Counted from the stretch's first letter, positions 23,746-37,820 are shown. The stretch: 64,000 nucleotides of DNA from Rhina ancylostomus (GCA_030265395.1 JARFYF010000061.1:15307142-15371141), one strand, 5' to 3'. Numbers and translations: made by a program. The notes: generated by a model from the letters alone, not told the origin.

Positions 23746-23959
23746 TTATTAAAATAAGATGACAATTTTCTTTTCTCTCTCTCTCTCAAGGGGTTGTGTA
23801 TCTTTGGAAATCTTTCCCTGCAAGGACAGTAAAAAATTAAACAGGAAGATTTAATCACTGGCAGAGAAATAACGAATAGAACACCTAATAATTATTATTC
23901 TGGTGCAGCAAAACTGCTCATCATCTTAAGAGGATTGCTGTTTACATNNNNNNNNNNCA

Positions 23960-24122
23960 AAAGATGATGTTAGAAACCTCCCAGAGTTGCACTGGGACCA
24001 ATGGTCCTTGTACATGAGAAAGTAGTAGAAATTACTATTATTAAAGAAATAAGACTGGAGAAGTTAATGAACTTGAAATCTGATAAATCCCAAGTTTCTG
24101 AGTTTTGAAAGAGGTGGCTATA
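23960..24122 (+). mobile_element. CR1 ORF2 fragment upstream of the RT domain; left part of the copy that resumes at 25123
   Basis: KEIRLEKLMNLKSDKS...VLKEVA motif. Confidence 0.7.
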
Positions 24123-25120
24123 AATTGTCCACATTATTACCACGGAGTGAAGTATACTAGATTGGAGGAAATGCAAATGAATCATTGCTTTACCTGAAAG
24201 GACCATTTGGGTCCCTGAATGGTGGGAAGGGGTAAGAGCAGGTTTTACATCTTCAGTTGTTGCAGGGGAAAGTGGCATGTATTCATTTGCATTTCTTTCA
24301 ATCTATGCATTGTTTTTGGTGCTCACAATATGGTTTCCTTCACTTTGGAAACCCACTGCATATTGGGAGTGAGCACTTTGCAGAGCATCTCTCTTCAGTC
24401 CTCAGGACCAACTATAAACTTCCTGTCACTTGTCCCTTTAATTCTCCATTCCACCCTCTCTCTGATCAATCGGTCTGTGACCTCCTGCACTGTTCCAAGG
24501 AGGCCCAAGGTAAGCTTGAAGAACAGTACCTCACCTTCTTTCTGGGCACGTGCAGCCTTTTGGACTCAATATCAAATGTAACTATTTCAGAACACTTACT
24601 TCTTCCGTTTGTATCAGAACCGGCCTGTTCTGGTGAAAGGTTGCCCAAATATTAACCTATTTTTTTCCTCTTTCCACAGACACTGCTGATTTTCTGGGCA
24701 ATTCCAGCATTCTCCTTATGGTTTCAGTTGTTAGCAATGTCTCTAACCTACATTCCATAGTTTTTACATCTTTGTTTTTTCCTCTCTCTTTAATTTATCT
24801 CATCAGTTTATTAACCAACTGGTTTTGTAAACTGTGAAATCACCTTGACAACCCTGACCTCACCCTCTCAGAAATATTTCCTTTGCCATATCTGACCCTC
24901 CTCCATCTTCACTGCAACTCAAAACTCACTTGTTTTCTCACTTCTCCTGTNNNNNNNNNNNNNNNNNNNNNNNNNNNNNNNNNNNNNNNNNNNNNNNNNN
25001 NNNNNNNNNNNNNNNNNNNNNNNNNNNNNNNNNNNNNNNNNNNNNNNNNNCTAATGAAGGGCCTTCTCTTTCCCCAGATGCTGTCTGACCTGCTGAGTGT
25101 TTCCAGCATTTCACTTTTTG
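24123..25120 (+). mobile_element. Penelope-like element (GIY-YIG C-terminus plus pLTR) with an inverted 5' segment, nested in CR1
   Basis: ORF 24257-24655 reads ..HFAEHLSSV...LPVTCPFNS...KLEEQYLTFFLGT. 24123-24278 is the minus-strand FPCN..CKTC..IQGPKWSFQV..FICISSNLVY segment. The pLTR end is cagatgctgtctgacctgctgagtgtttccagcatt. Confidence 0.85.
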
Positions 25121-25122
25121 TA

Positions 25123-26285
25123 TTGGAGTTCTTTGAGGATGTATATGGTAGAGTAGATGAGGGTGAACCAGTGGATATGGTGGATTTAGAATTTCAGGAG
25201 GCTTTCAATAAGGTCCGACATAGGATTTTGCTAAGCAAACATTGGAATTGGGGATAGTTTGCTGGTGACGATTGAGAGTTGATTAACAGATGGAAAACAA
25301 ATTGTAGGAATAAACAGGTTGGCAGACTACAATTGTGGAACAGCAGAGATCAGTGTTTGGGACCCAATTATTCATGATCTGCATCAACAATTTGACTGAA
25401 GGGATGAAACATGACATTTCCAAGTTTGCTGTTGACATAAACACAAGTGTGAATCTGAGGAGTGATTCACACTTATGTTCATGATACAAAAATGCTTTAT
25501 GAGGATATAAATAGGCCGAATGTGGGAAACTACATGTCAGAAGCATATGGAAACACACGAAGTTATGCATTTTGTTGGAATAAACAGAAATATTAGGTAT
25601 TTATTAAATGGGAAGAGATGGGAAGTGTTGATGTTTAAAGGGACCTGGCTTTCCTTGTACACAAGTCACTAAAGGAAAATATGCCGGAGCAGCAGATTGT
25701 TAGGAAGGGAAATGCGATGCTGGCCTTCATTGCTAAATGATTTGAATACAAGAATAAAGATGTCTTACTACAACTACATAGGGCCTTGGTGAGACTAAAC
25801 CTAGAGTACTCTGTACAGAAGGATGTACTTCAAAAGAGGAAGTGAGATGAAGATCCCACCTGAATGGTTCCTGTAATGCAATGCGAGATAAAGCAAGCCA
25901 CTCTTCACAGGTGAGAAGAAAATGAAGAGTCTTCATTGAAATGTTCAAAATTCTGAGAGGATTCAATAGAGTTAGATTCAGGAAGGTTGTTTGATCGAGG
26001 TCTCACAATAAGGGGTAGGCCATTGAAGATTGAAATGAGGAGAAATGTCTTCATTTACAGGGTGTTAAGTCTTTGGAATCCTCTGCCCCAATTGCCATGC
26101 AGACTCAGCTACTGATTTCATCCAAAATTAATATCAATAGATGTACAAATATCAGAGGAATCAAAGGATACTAGGATAGTGGCTGATCTTTGACTTCAAA
26201 ATGGCATTGAAGTCAAAGATCAGCCACAATCTTGTTAAAGACAAGGCTCGAAAGGCAGAATGACCTACTCTCACTGCTATTTCCA
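25123..26285 (+). mobile_element. CR1 LINE RT domain to 3' end, decayed
   Basis: LEFFEDVYGRVDEGEPVDMVDLEFQEAFNKVRH...SVFGTQLFMICINNL...ISKFAVD. The 3' UTR is ggctcgaaaggcagaatgacctactc. Confidence 0.88.
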
Positions 26286-27187
26286 TTTGAGGTGACGGGG
26301 CTGCTCTATCATACTGCAAAGTGGAAGATTGCCCCATATCTGTAGTCGCTATCCCCACTAGGAACAGAGCAGATTCCCCACCAACTTTCTTCCCCTTTGA
26401 GGAAGATTGTAGGCAGGGAAGAGTAAGCTTCATTCTGGCCTGCTTTTGTGATGCTTGTTAAAAGTGCTCCATTCTGAAATGGGTGGATAAAATAGTGAAC
26501 TGTTCTACCCAAATGGGAATGGTTTCTCAATCATAACATCATTGCTAATGATCACAGCAATAAAATTGCACTGTCTGACAAAGTTAATGAACACTACAAC
26601 ATAGTTGAATTAAATCATTTTGAACATTATTTCAACAAAAGCTATTTTAACAGGAAATGGCAGAAGACCTCATGCAAACGAATTCATTCCTTAGCTTTAC
26701 CTGCCACACACAATGTGCTTCTGGTAGAAAAGCTCTTTAAAAACATCCAAAAATTATGATGATCATTGCCTCTGTGTATATATACTGTATGTACTTTGGC
26801 TTAGATAGGGGTCTAGGTTTAGGGAATGGCTGAACATCATTTGTCATGTCCTGAGGGTTGTGATCTTTATTCTTGCTTGTTAAAGTTTAATTCAAATTTC
26901 ATTCTTGTTAACAGTTTTCAGCTCCAGGTCAAAATATTCAGTGATCTTATTTTTAAAGTGCTTTGTTCCATGTAAAGAAGTGGTGAGTTCCCATGTAGAA
27001 AATGAAACTTGTTTAGGTGCTGGGCTATAATAATAAAATTGGATGCAGAATATGCAAGCAAGCGTTAATATGGAAAATAGCTCATGCTAAGAAAATTACG
27101 ACCGCAAAACTTAATGGGCTAAATAGCCTGTTTCAGTGCTTTAGCATTCAACCATTCCAATGTGTTCTGTTTTGAATAGAACCACAG

Positions 27188-27220
27188 ACTCTCTCTCTCT
27201 CCCTCTCTCTCTCTCTCTCT
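27188..27220. repeat. (CT)n microsatellite
   Basis: ctctctctctctccctctctctctctctctct. Confidence 0.9.
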
Positions 27221-29184
27221 GATTTGTAAGGAACATTCTGGGGTAATACAACAGATATTTCAGCAGGGAGGAGAGTTACGAATATGGGACCAGTACCTAC
27301 CTTATAAGTGCTGCAGGTGTCTCATCTGCTAACTATAAAATTGATTCTTACTTCTAAATACCAATGTACACCTAAAAGTAGCACCCCTGACAATTACAGT
27401 TAGTCAATGGGGAATGGTGAATTAAGGTTACTGGTATCCAACTTAAACTATTTCTTCATATTCAGCCTGGACAGAAAGGCGTTGACCAGATTGTAGCATC
27501 TACCTCATCCTCTGCTGCTCTTTATTAAGATGACAGTGCATGACCTGTTCCCAATGGAAAGGTTGTTCACTGTGCGGTGCCCACTCTAAAATCAGTCCAA
27601 AGTAGAGCAGGCCTCCTTCAGAGTGGTCCAGAGAGCAGAAACATTGCTTCACCACAGAGGTGACTCTCATTGTATGCACAGTGTGCTTGTACGTATTGGT
27701 TTTAAACTGTAAACATGGGTCATGCCATCAGTGGATAACCCTTACAGCTACATAGCGACCCACTGGTTTTCCATGGTGATTGACATACATGTGGAATGCA
27801 GCAGAATAAGGGCTACAGGTGCATTAAGTTATTTCAAATGCTGCCTGCAGTCCTCATCAGTTGTGTTTTGACACAGAGGAATGCTCCTCTGTTCCATTTT
27901 ATAACAGAATTGACATGTATCACTTAAAGAGCAAGGTATGAATAGTCAATGGCACCTTGTGCTATAGGAAAGCCTGCAGACATTAAACACTCATGTGCTT
28001 ACATTACAAGCTGGTCTCTATGAGGAGGAAATTAAACTAAGTGACCTCTCTGAGTAGAGAGCCTTAGAGAGATCCCTCGTGTAATGATGGACGACATGTG
28101 GGGAGCTGCGAATATCTCCAACACTGGCCTAGAAAGCTGCTTCATTAAAGTTTATAGGTGACTTTCATACCCTGTACCATTGTGGTTCTTGCAACCGCAC
28201 CACCAACACCCCCCCCCCCCAAATGTGAAGTTGCGCTACAGTTGATGGACAATTTTATTGGCATTCTCCTTAACATGTGGTGATGCAAACATTAGTCAAT
28301 ATTGAACTTCAGGTGGGAAAACTGATCCCTTCTGAAAGCCCATCTGTCCTTCACTACCTCATTCTAGCAGCTTGTCTTGCCTTCATGGCACCTGCTCTTC
28401 TCTTAATAATGCTGAATTTGTAGAGGAGGTTCACTAATATTTCCATATCTGAAATCCTTGAGGTCATCAAAAATTCTTTCAGCACCTGATGCATTATTTC
28501 CTGTACACTTCTGCAACTTCAAAGAACTACAGAAAGCTCCAAACACTTGTAGAATCATGGATCAAACTGTAGAAATCAACCAAACCATCAGTTAGCAGCT
28601 AACTTGTAAATAGCAAACAAAGACTTCAAATAATGCTGGCGGCTGGGGGTGTGTGGGTAGTCGGAGAGCATGCTTCTTCAAGCTGGTTACTATGTATTTG
28701 GCTCTGCTTGCTAAAGAGAGGATGTAACCTGGATTATTGGGATCCAGTAAGGTCAGTATCATTGTGGAGTTGTATACTAATCGGCATTGTCTGCTTACTC
28801 CACATGCTTTTAGTTAACTCTACTTAGCATGATAGTGTCCAGTTCATTCTGCATTAGAAGTATATGCACAGATCATAGAGGGCCCGATTGTGCCTCTTCT
28901 TATGTGTTAATTTCACATTGATCATTTTGCACATGTTTTAATATGACTTCACCTGCATCCAGTTGAAGTCAGGAAAATGGACTGGACACTTCCAGGCACA
29001 AATCACCATATGCATGGATGGTGTACTACTTCCTCAGAGTTATACACAATCTGATGACTTCATTGATGTATGCAATGTTCATTTCTTCATTAATACAAAA
29101 TGTGAAACCTATGACCAACTCTTTTCATTCACTTTCCATCAAGGCACGAGCCCTGCACCAAGTTATCAACCATAAATGAATTGA

Positions 29185-30445
29185 GAACATGAGGATATAA
29201 GAAATGGGAGCAAAAGGAAGACAGATGTCCCTTTGAGCCTGCTCAACCATTTATCAAGATCATGGCTGGTCTTCTGTTATAATGACATTTCTCTGCACTT
29301 GTCCTATATCCCTTGATTCCCTTAACATCCAAATTTATGAATTTGTGGCTGAGTTGGGCTGCCACATGTCTCTGTGGTAGGGAATTCCAAAGGTTCATCA
29401 ACTTCTGCATGAAGAAATTTTTCATCTCGATTCTAAATCGCTGACCCCTTACTCTGAGGCAGTAACTCCTGGCTCTAAGCTCCTCAGCCAGGGGAAACAT
29501 CCTCCCTTCATTCATTCTGTATCACCCTGAAAGAATTTTGTAAGTTTCAATGAGATCTCCTCTCATTCTTATAAACTCTAGGGAATACAGGCCTAGTCTA
29601 GTCAATCTGTCCTCATTTGGCAAACTGCCATCCTTAGAGCAGATCCAGTGAATCATTGCTGGATCCTCTATCACTCCTTCTGTGGCAAATATATTTTAAG
29701 GAAAGGGGACCTGATCAAAATTGTACATAATATTCCAGTTGCAGTCTCACCAAAGCCCTATATAATTGTAGCAATACATCATTACTGCAGTACTCAAACC
29801 CTCTTGTAATAATGGCCAACAGTCCATTCGCCTTCCTAATCACTTGTTACGCCTACATGCTGGCGTTGTATACAAGGACACTTAGGTCAGCTTTGAACTT
29901 CAACATTACCCAGTCTATCACCATTGAAAATATACTTCACTCTTCTGTTTTGTGCACCAAAATGGATAAATTCACATGTTTCCACATTATATTGCTTCAG
30001 GCATGCCTACTCACTAAGCTTGAGTGTGTCCCCTTGAAACATTGTTACCTTCACCTCCCAACTTGCAATACCACCTAGCTTTAGTTCATCATGGGATATT
30101 TATTCCCCTCTGCCAAATCAATGATATAGGTCATGAATAGGTGGGTCCAAGCACCAATCTTTCCAGTACCCCTATAGTCACAGCCTGTCAATCTGAGAAA
30201 GATCTGCTTTCTGTCTGATAACCAAACCTCAATCCATGTTGGCATATTTCCTCCAGCTCCGTGTTCCAGCACGGACTGTTGACCAGTCTCTGGGGTGAGA
30301 CTTCATCAAAAACCTTCTGAAGATCATCTCCACTGGTTCCCCTCATCTTTTCTAGTAGTCACATCTTCAAAGAGCTCCAGTAGGTGTCAATCATGAATTT
30401 CCTTTCATAAATCCATGCTGACTCTGCTCAGTCTTATCATTCTTT
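29185..30445 (-). mobile_element. CR1 LINE RT domain to 3' end, decayed
   Basis: Minus-strand QHGFMKGNS*LT..LELFEDVT, TWIEVWLSDRKQ and KNFFMQKLMNLWNSLPQ (ORFs 30081-30272 and 29243-29515). Confidence 0.88.
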
Positions 30446-32034
30446 TCAAGGGTTTTCGTGATTACAGCATCCCTGCTGGGATATTGCTGTTCTGCTGTCC
30501 AGATGAAGTTATTAAATGGTGGACTAGACAAGACGGCTGAATGGCTCACTCACATTTCCACTTCTTATTGTGTGAATAATGATTGATCTACTTTAGCAGC
30601 TGATCAGTTCTATGTGTCTTTGAGCTTGCAGTTGCTTTGAAGTACAGAGATCAATAATTTTAATCTCAGCCTGTATTGTTGCCCTGTGTCTGCCTTAGGG
30701 AACAAGAAGAGATGTGTGGACATTATTATGGCAGGTGGGGGTGAGGGAGGCTGGTGAGGGGTGTATGGCCAGATACACCACAGATACCAGTGCGTACTCA
30801 TCCCCCAATTTCCCTCACCTTCATGGCAGGTTTTAATCCATTGTGGCTAATCTATTGTGGCTACCATGGAGAGTGCACTTTAAGGCACTGACTTGCTTCC
30901 CACCTATGAGTGCAGCAAGGCTGCTAGCTCTGTGTAAATCTGCCTCAAGAAACATGTAGACAGAGAATTAATAGAGTAATTGATGTATAAACTGCCCACA
31001 CTATTTTTAAAAGTTAAATATCACCAAATTTGCTATTTTTTTTTACAAGTCCATGACTGGTCATTTGGGGTAAACACAACATTCAGTTTGTGCACCAGAA
31101 ATGGGTGAAATCCAATTTCTAAGCAATAGTGACCAAGAAACATGCCCAAATTTTCCATCCCCACCCCATTATCATTGCCGCAATTTCTAGGCCATTGTAA
31201 AAGCAAATAGTTAGCATCAAAGTTGTGAAGATGCAGTTTGCTTAAATATTAGGCTTTAGTAAACATTAAAGATGAAAATTAACTCGTACATAACAATCTA
31301 AAGGACAGTCCTAATAATCACAGTGCTAATCTACTGTCATATCTCCCACTTGCTCTGGCATTTATTTCTATGACATATTTATCTTTTGCACTAAAAGTGT
31401 TGAATGATGCTTTTTTGTATGAAAACCTGATTATGGAAATTTTATAGTTATTTACTTTAAAATATTTCAAAACATGATATCATTAAAATTACACAGTAAA
31501 GTTTCCAAATGCATTTGCAAGTTTTGTAGCCAATGGGACAAGCTGCAGCTCAGCCGTGTTCCCTGTGTGGTAAAACTGCTTTCTGGCGCAGAACTGCAAA
31601 TGAATACTGACCACATTGGCAGGGTAACAGATTATGATCATTGACTGTGAACCCAAATATTGAAGAGGAATGACTGGCAAAAATATTTCTTTTAAAACAA
31701 AGTTTAATCAGTCCCTAGATTCAAAAGGAACAATCCAAGTGTTAAGCTAGGGGCCAGTAGAGGAGAAACAGCAAGCTAGGAAGCCACATGAGAAAGCAAG
31801 ATGATACATGCACGAGAAAACAATCAAATGATCGAGGTCAGCAGTCTTAATGTTTTTACCTGGTACAAAAGGTCATTAGTTGTGGCAGTCTATGTCAGTA
31901 CTGCTAATTTAAATGCTTTAGTAACACTGGTAACACAGCTAGACAGACTGAGTGGCTTTTGTCTAGGAGATGCTTGATTATGTTTAAGATTCAGGTTTAT
32001 TAGTGGTGCAGCAGTGCATTCATTTTTGTCAATC

Positions 32035-32355
32035 ATTGGCACAGCAGGTAGGTACTGCTGCTTCCAGTGACCCAGCTTCAATCCTTACTTGGGGTGCTAT
32101 GTGTGTGGAGTTTGCATTTTTTCCCCTGTGATCTGTCGGTTTCCCCTGTGCGCTACATTTCTTCCTACATCCTAAAGACACACTAGTAGGTAGGCTAATT
32201 GGCTACCGTAAATTACTCCTCGTAGGGGATGGAAGGAGAATCAGGGTGGAGTTAATGCGAGAGGGGATCAGTAATGGAGAACTAAGTTATGGGAATGGGA
32301 TTGCTCTGAGCTAGCATAGCCTTGATGGGTCAAATGACCTCATTCTATGTTATAA
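32035..32355 (+). mobile_element. Older V-domain SINE
   Basis: cagtgacccagcttcaatcct...tgtgtggagtttgca...ggtttcccctgtgcgctac...cctacatcctaaagac...gatgggtcaaatgacct. Confidence 0.75.
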
Positions 32356-33357
32356 GAAAAGTACAGTGGCACATTAATCTCTAGTCATGCTTCTGATACC
32401 TTTGAATGGACCACCATACCCTTTGAGAGAAAGACTTTTGCACACAGGTCTCACTAGCTATCTTGATGTCCTCCTTTCCCATTGCCCTATTGATTGCCCT
32501 TCATGATTTACAAAGAAAGTGGCACTTGAGGAGGGAGATGAATAGCCATGACCGTCTGCTGTAAGCCCTTCTCTCCTGCTAATCACTGAGGAAATAGACA
32601 ATCCGCACATCACATCATATGAAGTCAATAATGAGCATGCCTCACAACACATAAACACCACTAAGTGGAATTTTTAGTGGCACAGTTGCTAGATGAAAAA
32701 CAAATAGATTCAATTCTAATGGAACACATTCTGTAGTGGAGAGAAATGTGACAATCTTAATCTAACATCCAGGTACCCAACAGCATTGAACTTGCATTTT
32801 CAAAAACATATTTCATTTATCCAAGAAATCCATAGGCAATTTTCGCTTCTTGGAACATACAATAGAGCTAGAGCAGATGGAATTTAGGCGGCTGTGGCCT
32901 GTAAAGGAACCTTCACTGCCTTTTTTTAAACCCATAGGTCAGATTAGGCTATTATTTAAGCAAATCGATCATTTATTTGTTCTACACTTTTATTATTATT
33001 ATCTGCTTGTAACCATATTGTAATAAATTCATTTCTTGATATAATAACTGCACAGCAGCTGGCATGTCTTTCCATTGCAATATGTGGTTAATTTATTCCT
33101 TTGAATTCTTGGTTTACAATATGCTGAATTTTTCCTGTTGCGGTCAATATTTAATGCTATTATGCTCTGTAAGTTGAAACTTGCTATCTTGTCATTATAT
33201 GGCACAATGCAGTATAATCCAAAATATGGGAACCTCGCAGCTAAGACTCACCTGTTCCCTCTTCCCAAAATTCATTTCAAAGTTGATCTTTTTAGCAAAG
33301 CTTTCAATTACTTCTACCCCGTGTGGATTAGTAACCAATCCCAGAACTCATCCCAGC

Positions 33358-34003
33358 TAAAATAAAAATAGAAAATGCTGGAAATATTCAGCAGGTCAGG
33401 TTGCCTCTGTGGGAAGAGAAAAGAGTCAATGTTTTGGGACAGAGACCCTTCATCAGAACTGAAAAGGAGACAAAAGAAGCTTGTAAAGTCACAGGGAAAG
33501 TGGTGGTGGTGGGGGGAAATGTCTCTGATAGGGTAAAGCTGGGTAACCATGGGGACAAACTGTAAACGAGGTCACCTGGCCAATGAGTGAATGGTAGCAG
33601 TTGGAGAGTGAGAGCATAGGCAAAAGCACACTGGCAAAAGAATGTGGGAGTTGCAAAATGCAGACCAGAAGAAGGACAAGCCCAGAAGGTCAGCCTGGAC
33701 ATCTCCTCCACGCCTACAGAGAGAAAAAAAACAGAAGGAAAAAAGTTGAGCTAATATTATAGATGGATGACTGATACAAACTGAAAAATCAAGTTACCTG
33801 AAGTTATAGAATGCTACAACATGCCCAGACAGAAAATGAGGTATTGTTCCTCAAGCTTGCACTGTGCCTCACTGTGTGACAGTACAGGAGGCCACAGACT
33901 GATAGGTCAGAGTGAGAGTGGGATGAGGAATTAAAGTGGCAGGCAATGGGAAGCTGAGGATTGCCCCTGCGGACTGAACGCAGGTGTTCGGCAAAGCAAT
34001 CCC
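33358..34003 (-). mobile_element. Penelope-like element 3' fragment (GIY-YIG C-terminus plus pLTR)
   Basis: Minus-strand DCFAEHLRSVRRGNPQLPIACHFNSSSHSHSDLSVCGLLYC...KLEEQYLIFCLG, with the pLTR at 33358-33465. Confidence 0.88.
33424..33461 (-). ncRNA. Degenerate minimal hammerhead ribozyme motif
   Basis: Minus strand CAGTT-CTGATGA-A-GGG-TCTCTGT-CCC-AAAA-CATT-GACT. CUGAUGA is intact and GAAA has become AAAA. Confidence 0.6.
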
Positions 34004-35486
34004 ATTTGTTTATTTTTCTCTCATCTCAAATGTCTTGGGATATTTCCTAGGTTATGGGTACTATTAATTTTGTCACTGGGTCTGGATTAGTGGACACATT
34101 GCTGCTTCATATTTTTCATAGCACTCCAGTGAAATTCAAAGCACTGTTTAAGGGTTTCCATCATCCACATCTATTCCTCGCTACCAATTTTAATTTTTTT
34201 TCAGATTCAGCCTTGGCAATTATCATCATAGTCAAACAGCAGGAGAAAATGACAAGTTATGTAATGCAGAATTGATTTTTCTCCCATTAATACTTGGCTG
34301 CCAGTACCAATTTGGAAAAATCCTGAGTCTGTTACAAGATACAGAACTGTTTGGCTATTCATTTCATTGGTCTTGAAGTAATAAACTGGTATACCAATTA
34401 CTACAAGTTATCAAGGAAAAGGTATCTAGTTATTTCCTGTACACGGCTTGTAAGAGCCAAATCAAATGGAGCTTTCAGCCATTATTGTCCAGAAATTCAA
34501 CAGCATTGTTGTTTTTTTATTTAGCATTATGCACCTAAAAATTGGATATTTCTGGACTGAAGCACAGTCATGCCCATTTCTGGATCACATTTGTATCACT
34601 CCAAAGAGTGCTCTGAATTGTGCTTGGTAGCATTTTCCTTTTGGAGCATTGCAAGGGAATTTGAACTACCTATTGTTGGGCTGATCTGGACAAGAGTCTT
34701 TCCAGCACAAAACTAGGCTGTGATACTGGTAATCCATCCTCCCCACACACAGAACAGGGCCCCAAGTAAACACAGATCTCCAGACTGCTTCCCTAAACTC
34801 CCAACCAATGCTGTGATTCCTCTCTCGGAAAACACCAGTCCCTATCAACAATCCCTCCAATGTGGTGCCAACCCCGATTTCCACTACCCTCTTGCCTGCT
34901 AATGTGCTGTTGGCACTGATTCCACCACCCACCACCAAGATTCTGAGTCCTAATAGCAGTGTCCTACCATAAGTAATAGCTTATCTTCCAATCCCGATCC
35001 CACCGTAACCTTCACCAAAAGCTGGGCTCTGAAGAACACTCTCCACACCATCCATCTCCAGGCTACAACACAAGCCCAGATGATCACCGATTTTACAATC
35101 ATGGTCTCTGGCACAATTCATTTCTGAGAAACACCTGAGGGGAAGTAACGTGCGTTGCACAGGACGATCACTGAAATGGTCCACCTTTGGTACAGACCAC
35201 TGGAATTTCAAGGAATTTATCTGGAACACTCATTCACCAGCAGATATACATATTACATGCACAAGTAAACAGGTGGCTTCCTCACCAGGCATTTGGTGTG
35301 CCATCTTTGTCTTCAAGTCCTTGTTGTAGAGCTCAAAATTATGCAACAAATATGTGTCTTTTTGTGGACTAATACTATCTTCTGATGGATTTGTCATCGA
35401 CCTGGAATTCAAGCCTTGTTTCCCTCACTATTTTTGTTTAATTTTAGTTTCTTTCATCTATGTTATTTTGCATTTGTACAAATTTT

Positions 35487-35895
35487 TAAATTTAAATTTT
35501 ATTTACAGTGGCCTTCCGGCCCAACGAGTCCGCGCCGCCCATTTTAAACCCGAAATTAACCTACCCGTACATCTTTGGAATGTGGGAGGAAACCGGAGCA
35601 CCCGGAGGAAACCCACACAGACACAGGAGAATGTACAAACTCCTTACANNNNNNNNNNNNNNNNNNNNNNNNNNNNNNNNNNNNNNNNNNNNNNNNNNNN
35701 NNNNNNNNNNNNNNNNNNNNNNNNNNNNNNNNNNNNNNNNNNNNNNNNGAATGTGGGAGGAAACCGGAGCACCCGGAGGAAACCCACACAGACACAGGAG
35801 AATGTACAAACTCCTTACAGACAGCAGTGGGAGTCAAACCCCGGTCGCTGGTGCTGTAATAGCACTGTGCTAACCACGATGCTACCGTGCCGCCC
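35487..35895 (-). mobile_element. Young HE1-like V-domain SINE (inflated by a gap with duplicated flanks)
   Basis: Same family as 20529-20775 and CpG-rich (cgagtccgcgccgccc). About 70 bp is repeated on both sides of the 100-N gap. Confidence 0.9.
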
Positions 35896-37399
35896 ATTTT
35901 ACATGAAACTTAAAAAAATTGAGGAGAAACAATTCTAACCCTTGCTAAGCAGCAAAATAGAAATCTTTAAGGAATCCCCACAGAGTAACAGAAGTCATCT
36001 TTGGCGCACAGGCATTCTGGGCAAATGATGAAAAGAATGTGATGCATCTCAAAAAAAGTAAACTCTTCCTTGGTGTTAGAATCTTTCTGGAGGGCACTTC
36101 AACCCAAAGGGAACATGAATGGTGCTTAAAAGAAATAATGAAATTTTTCCACTGTTATAAAAAACAATTTAGTACAATTAAATTATATGATATAGAGTTC
36201 TTTGATAAACTTAATTCCTTCTCTTTTCAGCAGGGAACAAATCTTCCAAATAGCTGGCCATGATAAAGGTTGGCAGGCAAAATTGGCTTCTGGCCTGTCA
36301 ATCTGGGGAAGGCCGGCAAGTATAGATTCTACAGGATGCCTGTAGGACTTCAAGGAAGTGGCATTTATAGTGGCAGCTAATCAGTATGTTAAGGAGCCAC
36401 AAAAACAGACAACTGATTTATTCAAAGGCACTACTCAGTTTTTATTATTGGTGTAAATTTACCACTGTCCAACTAAACAAAACACACCAACCTCTAGGCA
36501 TTCATCAGGAAAGTTTGCTTGCTATCCTCTTATACTTCATCAGTTGCTTTATATCACAGTCAATTATTTTTCTTTACACTTGCATGCATTTCCTGCTACT
36601 TTTCTGTTAGAACTTCTCTTGTCTATATTTGTAAGTCTTATGTAAATGTGCCAAGCTATAATCTTAAATTCTGCTTTCTTTTCCTGCTGTGGAAGAGCAT
36701 GGAATTAGAGCACAAGATCTGTGTTGGCAGTTTCCATTATTGTTGTAGGCATTGAAAATGACACTAGAAATAAAGTACTTGCATGAAATGTGCACCTCCA
36801 AAATAGGAGATTGAACTGTATGTCATAATTTTGATGGGATTCCATGAAGAAATGATATGAAGGAGGGATGGTGGTGGTGGGGAATGGACATCCACCACAC
36901 AGATAACAATGCAAAATTTAAAAGGGGACAGAAATTTGTTTTAGCCCACCAGCATCACACACATAGTCTACCTGCTGTGCTCAATTCTACACATTCAGTT
37001 CCATTGCTTTCAGTGGGGCTAAATATTGTGAGAGTCACTGGTAGTTACATTTCAATAGTGGCGTCCTATTTTTAGATTTCTACTTCAAGAAGATCAGAGT
37101 GAGGAAAAAGGACAGAAAATTGGATTGAAACTGGTTTAAAAGGGAGAAATAAAGTAAGATAAGTTTTTCCCAAGTGAGGTGGACTGTCCCACAAGGTGTT
37201 GCCCTGCTGTTGCTTCTGACCTTTGGGTGATTGGGAGAAAGATGAAGAATGAGTGGTGTTCATTTTCCAGATTTGATGCTGTAATTATAATAGATTGAAC
37301 AGAGCACTGAAGCAAAGAGAAACAAAAAGGTGGGTATGATTTGGAATCATTGCTTTCACAGTGAGTAAGTGCCAACACAGGTTGCATCTCCTGCATTAT

Positions 37400-37820
37400 T
37401 TGCTCCTGAATAGTATCCTCTGAATATCTGAATAATTCTGAGGATCAAAGGGAACTGCGAGAAGGTACTTATTGTATAATGGGATGAACAAAAGTAGGGA
37501 TGGACGAATTCAATCTTAGTAAATGTGAGGTGATACATTTCAACTAAAAAATATAATAATTACACTTCCAAAGGGGAAAGACTTAGAGATGCAGAAAAGT
37601 GGAGAGACTTAATGGTTCAAGTTCATAAGACATAAACAGCAGCGTCACATAAAACCCCCAGAAATCTGAGAAGAGGCTTATTGAACGCAGGTGTCAAGTT
37701 TCCATGCTGAATCCATATAAAATCAAAGTAAGATCATATTTGGGCTGCTGTGCATAATTTTGAGCTCTCCAACAAGGATATGAGGCCAAAGACAGTATGC
37801 TAAATGCCTGCTATGATGAA
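37400..37820 (+). mobile_element. Old CR1 RT C-terminal fragment
   Basis: NSEDQRELRE...EFNLSKCEVIHF...WRDLMVQVH. Confidence 0.6.

Larger units (their letters stand above)
33220..34070 (+). mobile_element. L2 3' end split by a Penelope insertion
   Basis: Left part gatctttttagcaaagctttcaattac; right part (34003-34070) aatgtcttgggatatttcctaggttatgggtactattaat. Confidence 0.45.

Noticed and set aside
24155-24190. Apparent CR1 'DWR.AN' motif on the plus strand
   Set aside because: It is better explained as the minus-strand Penelope FICISSNLVY segment, whose match extends on both sides.
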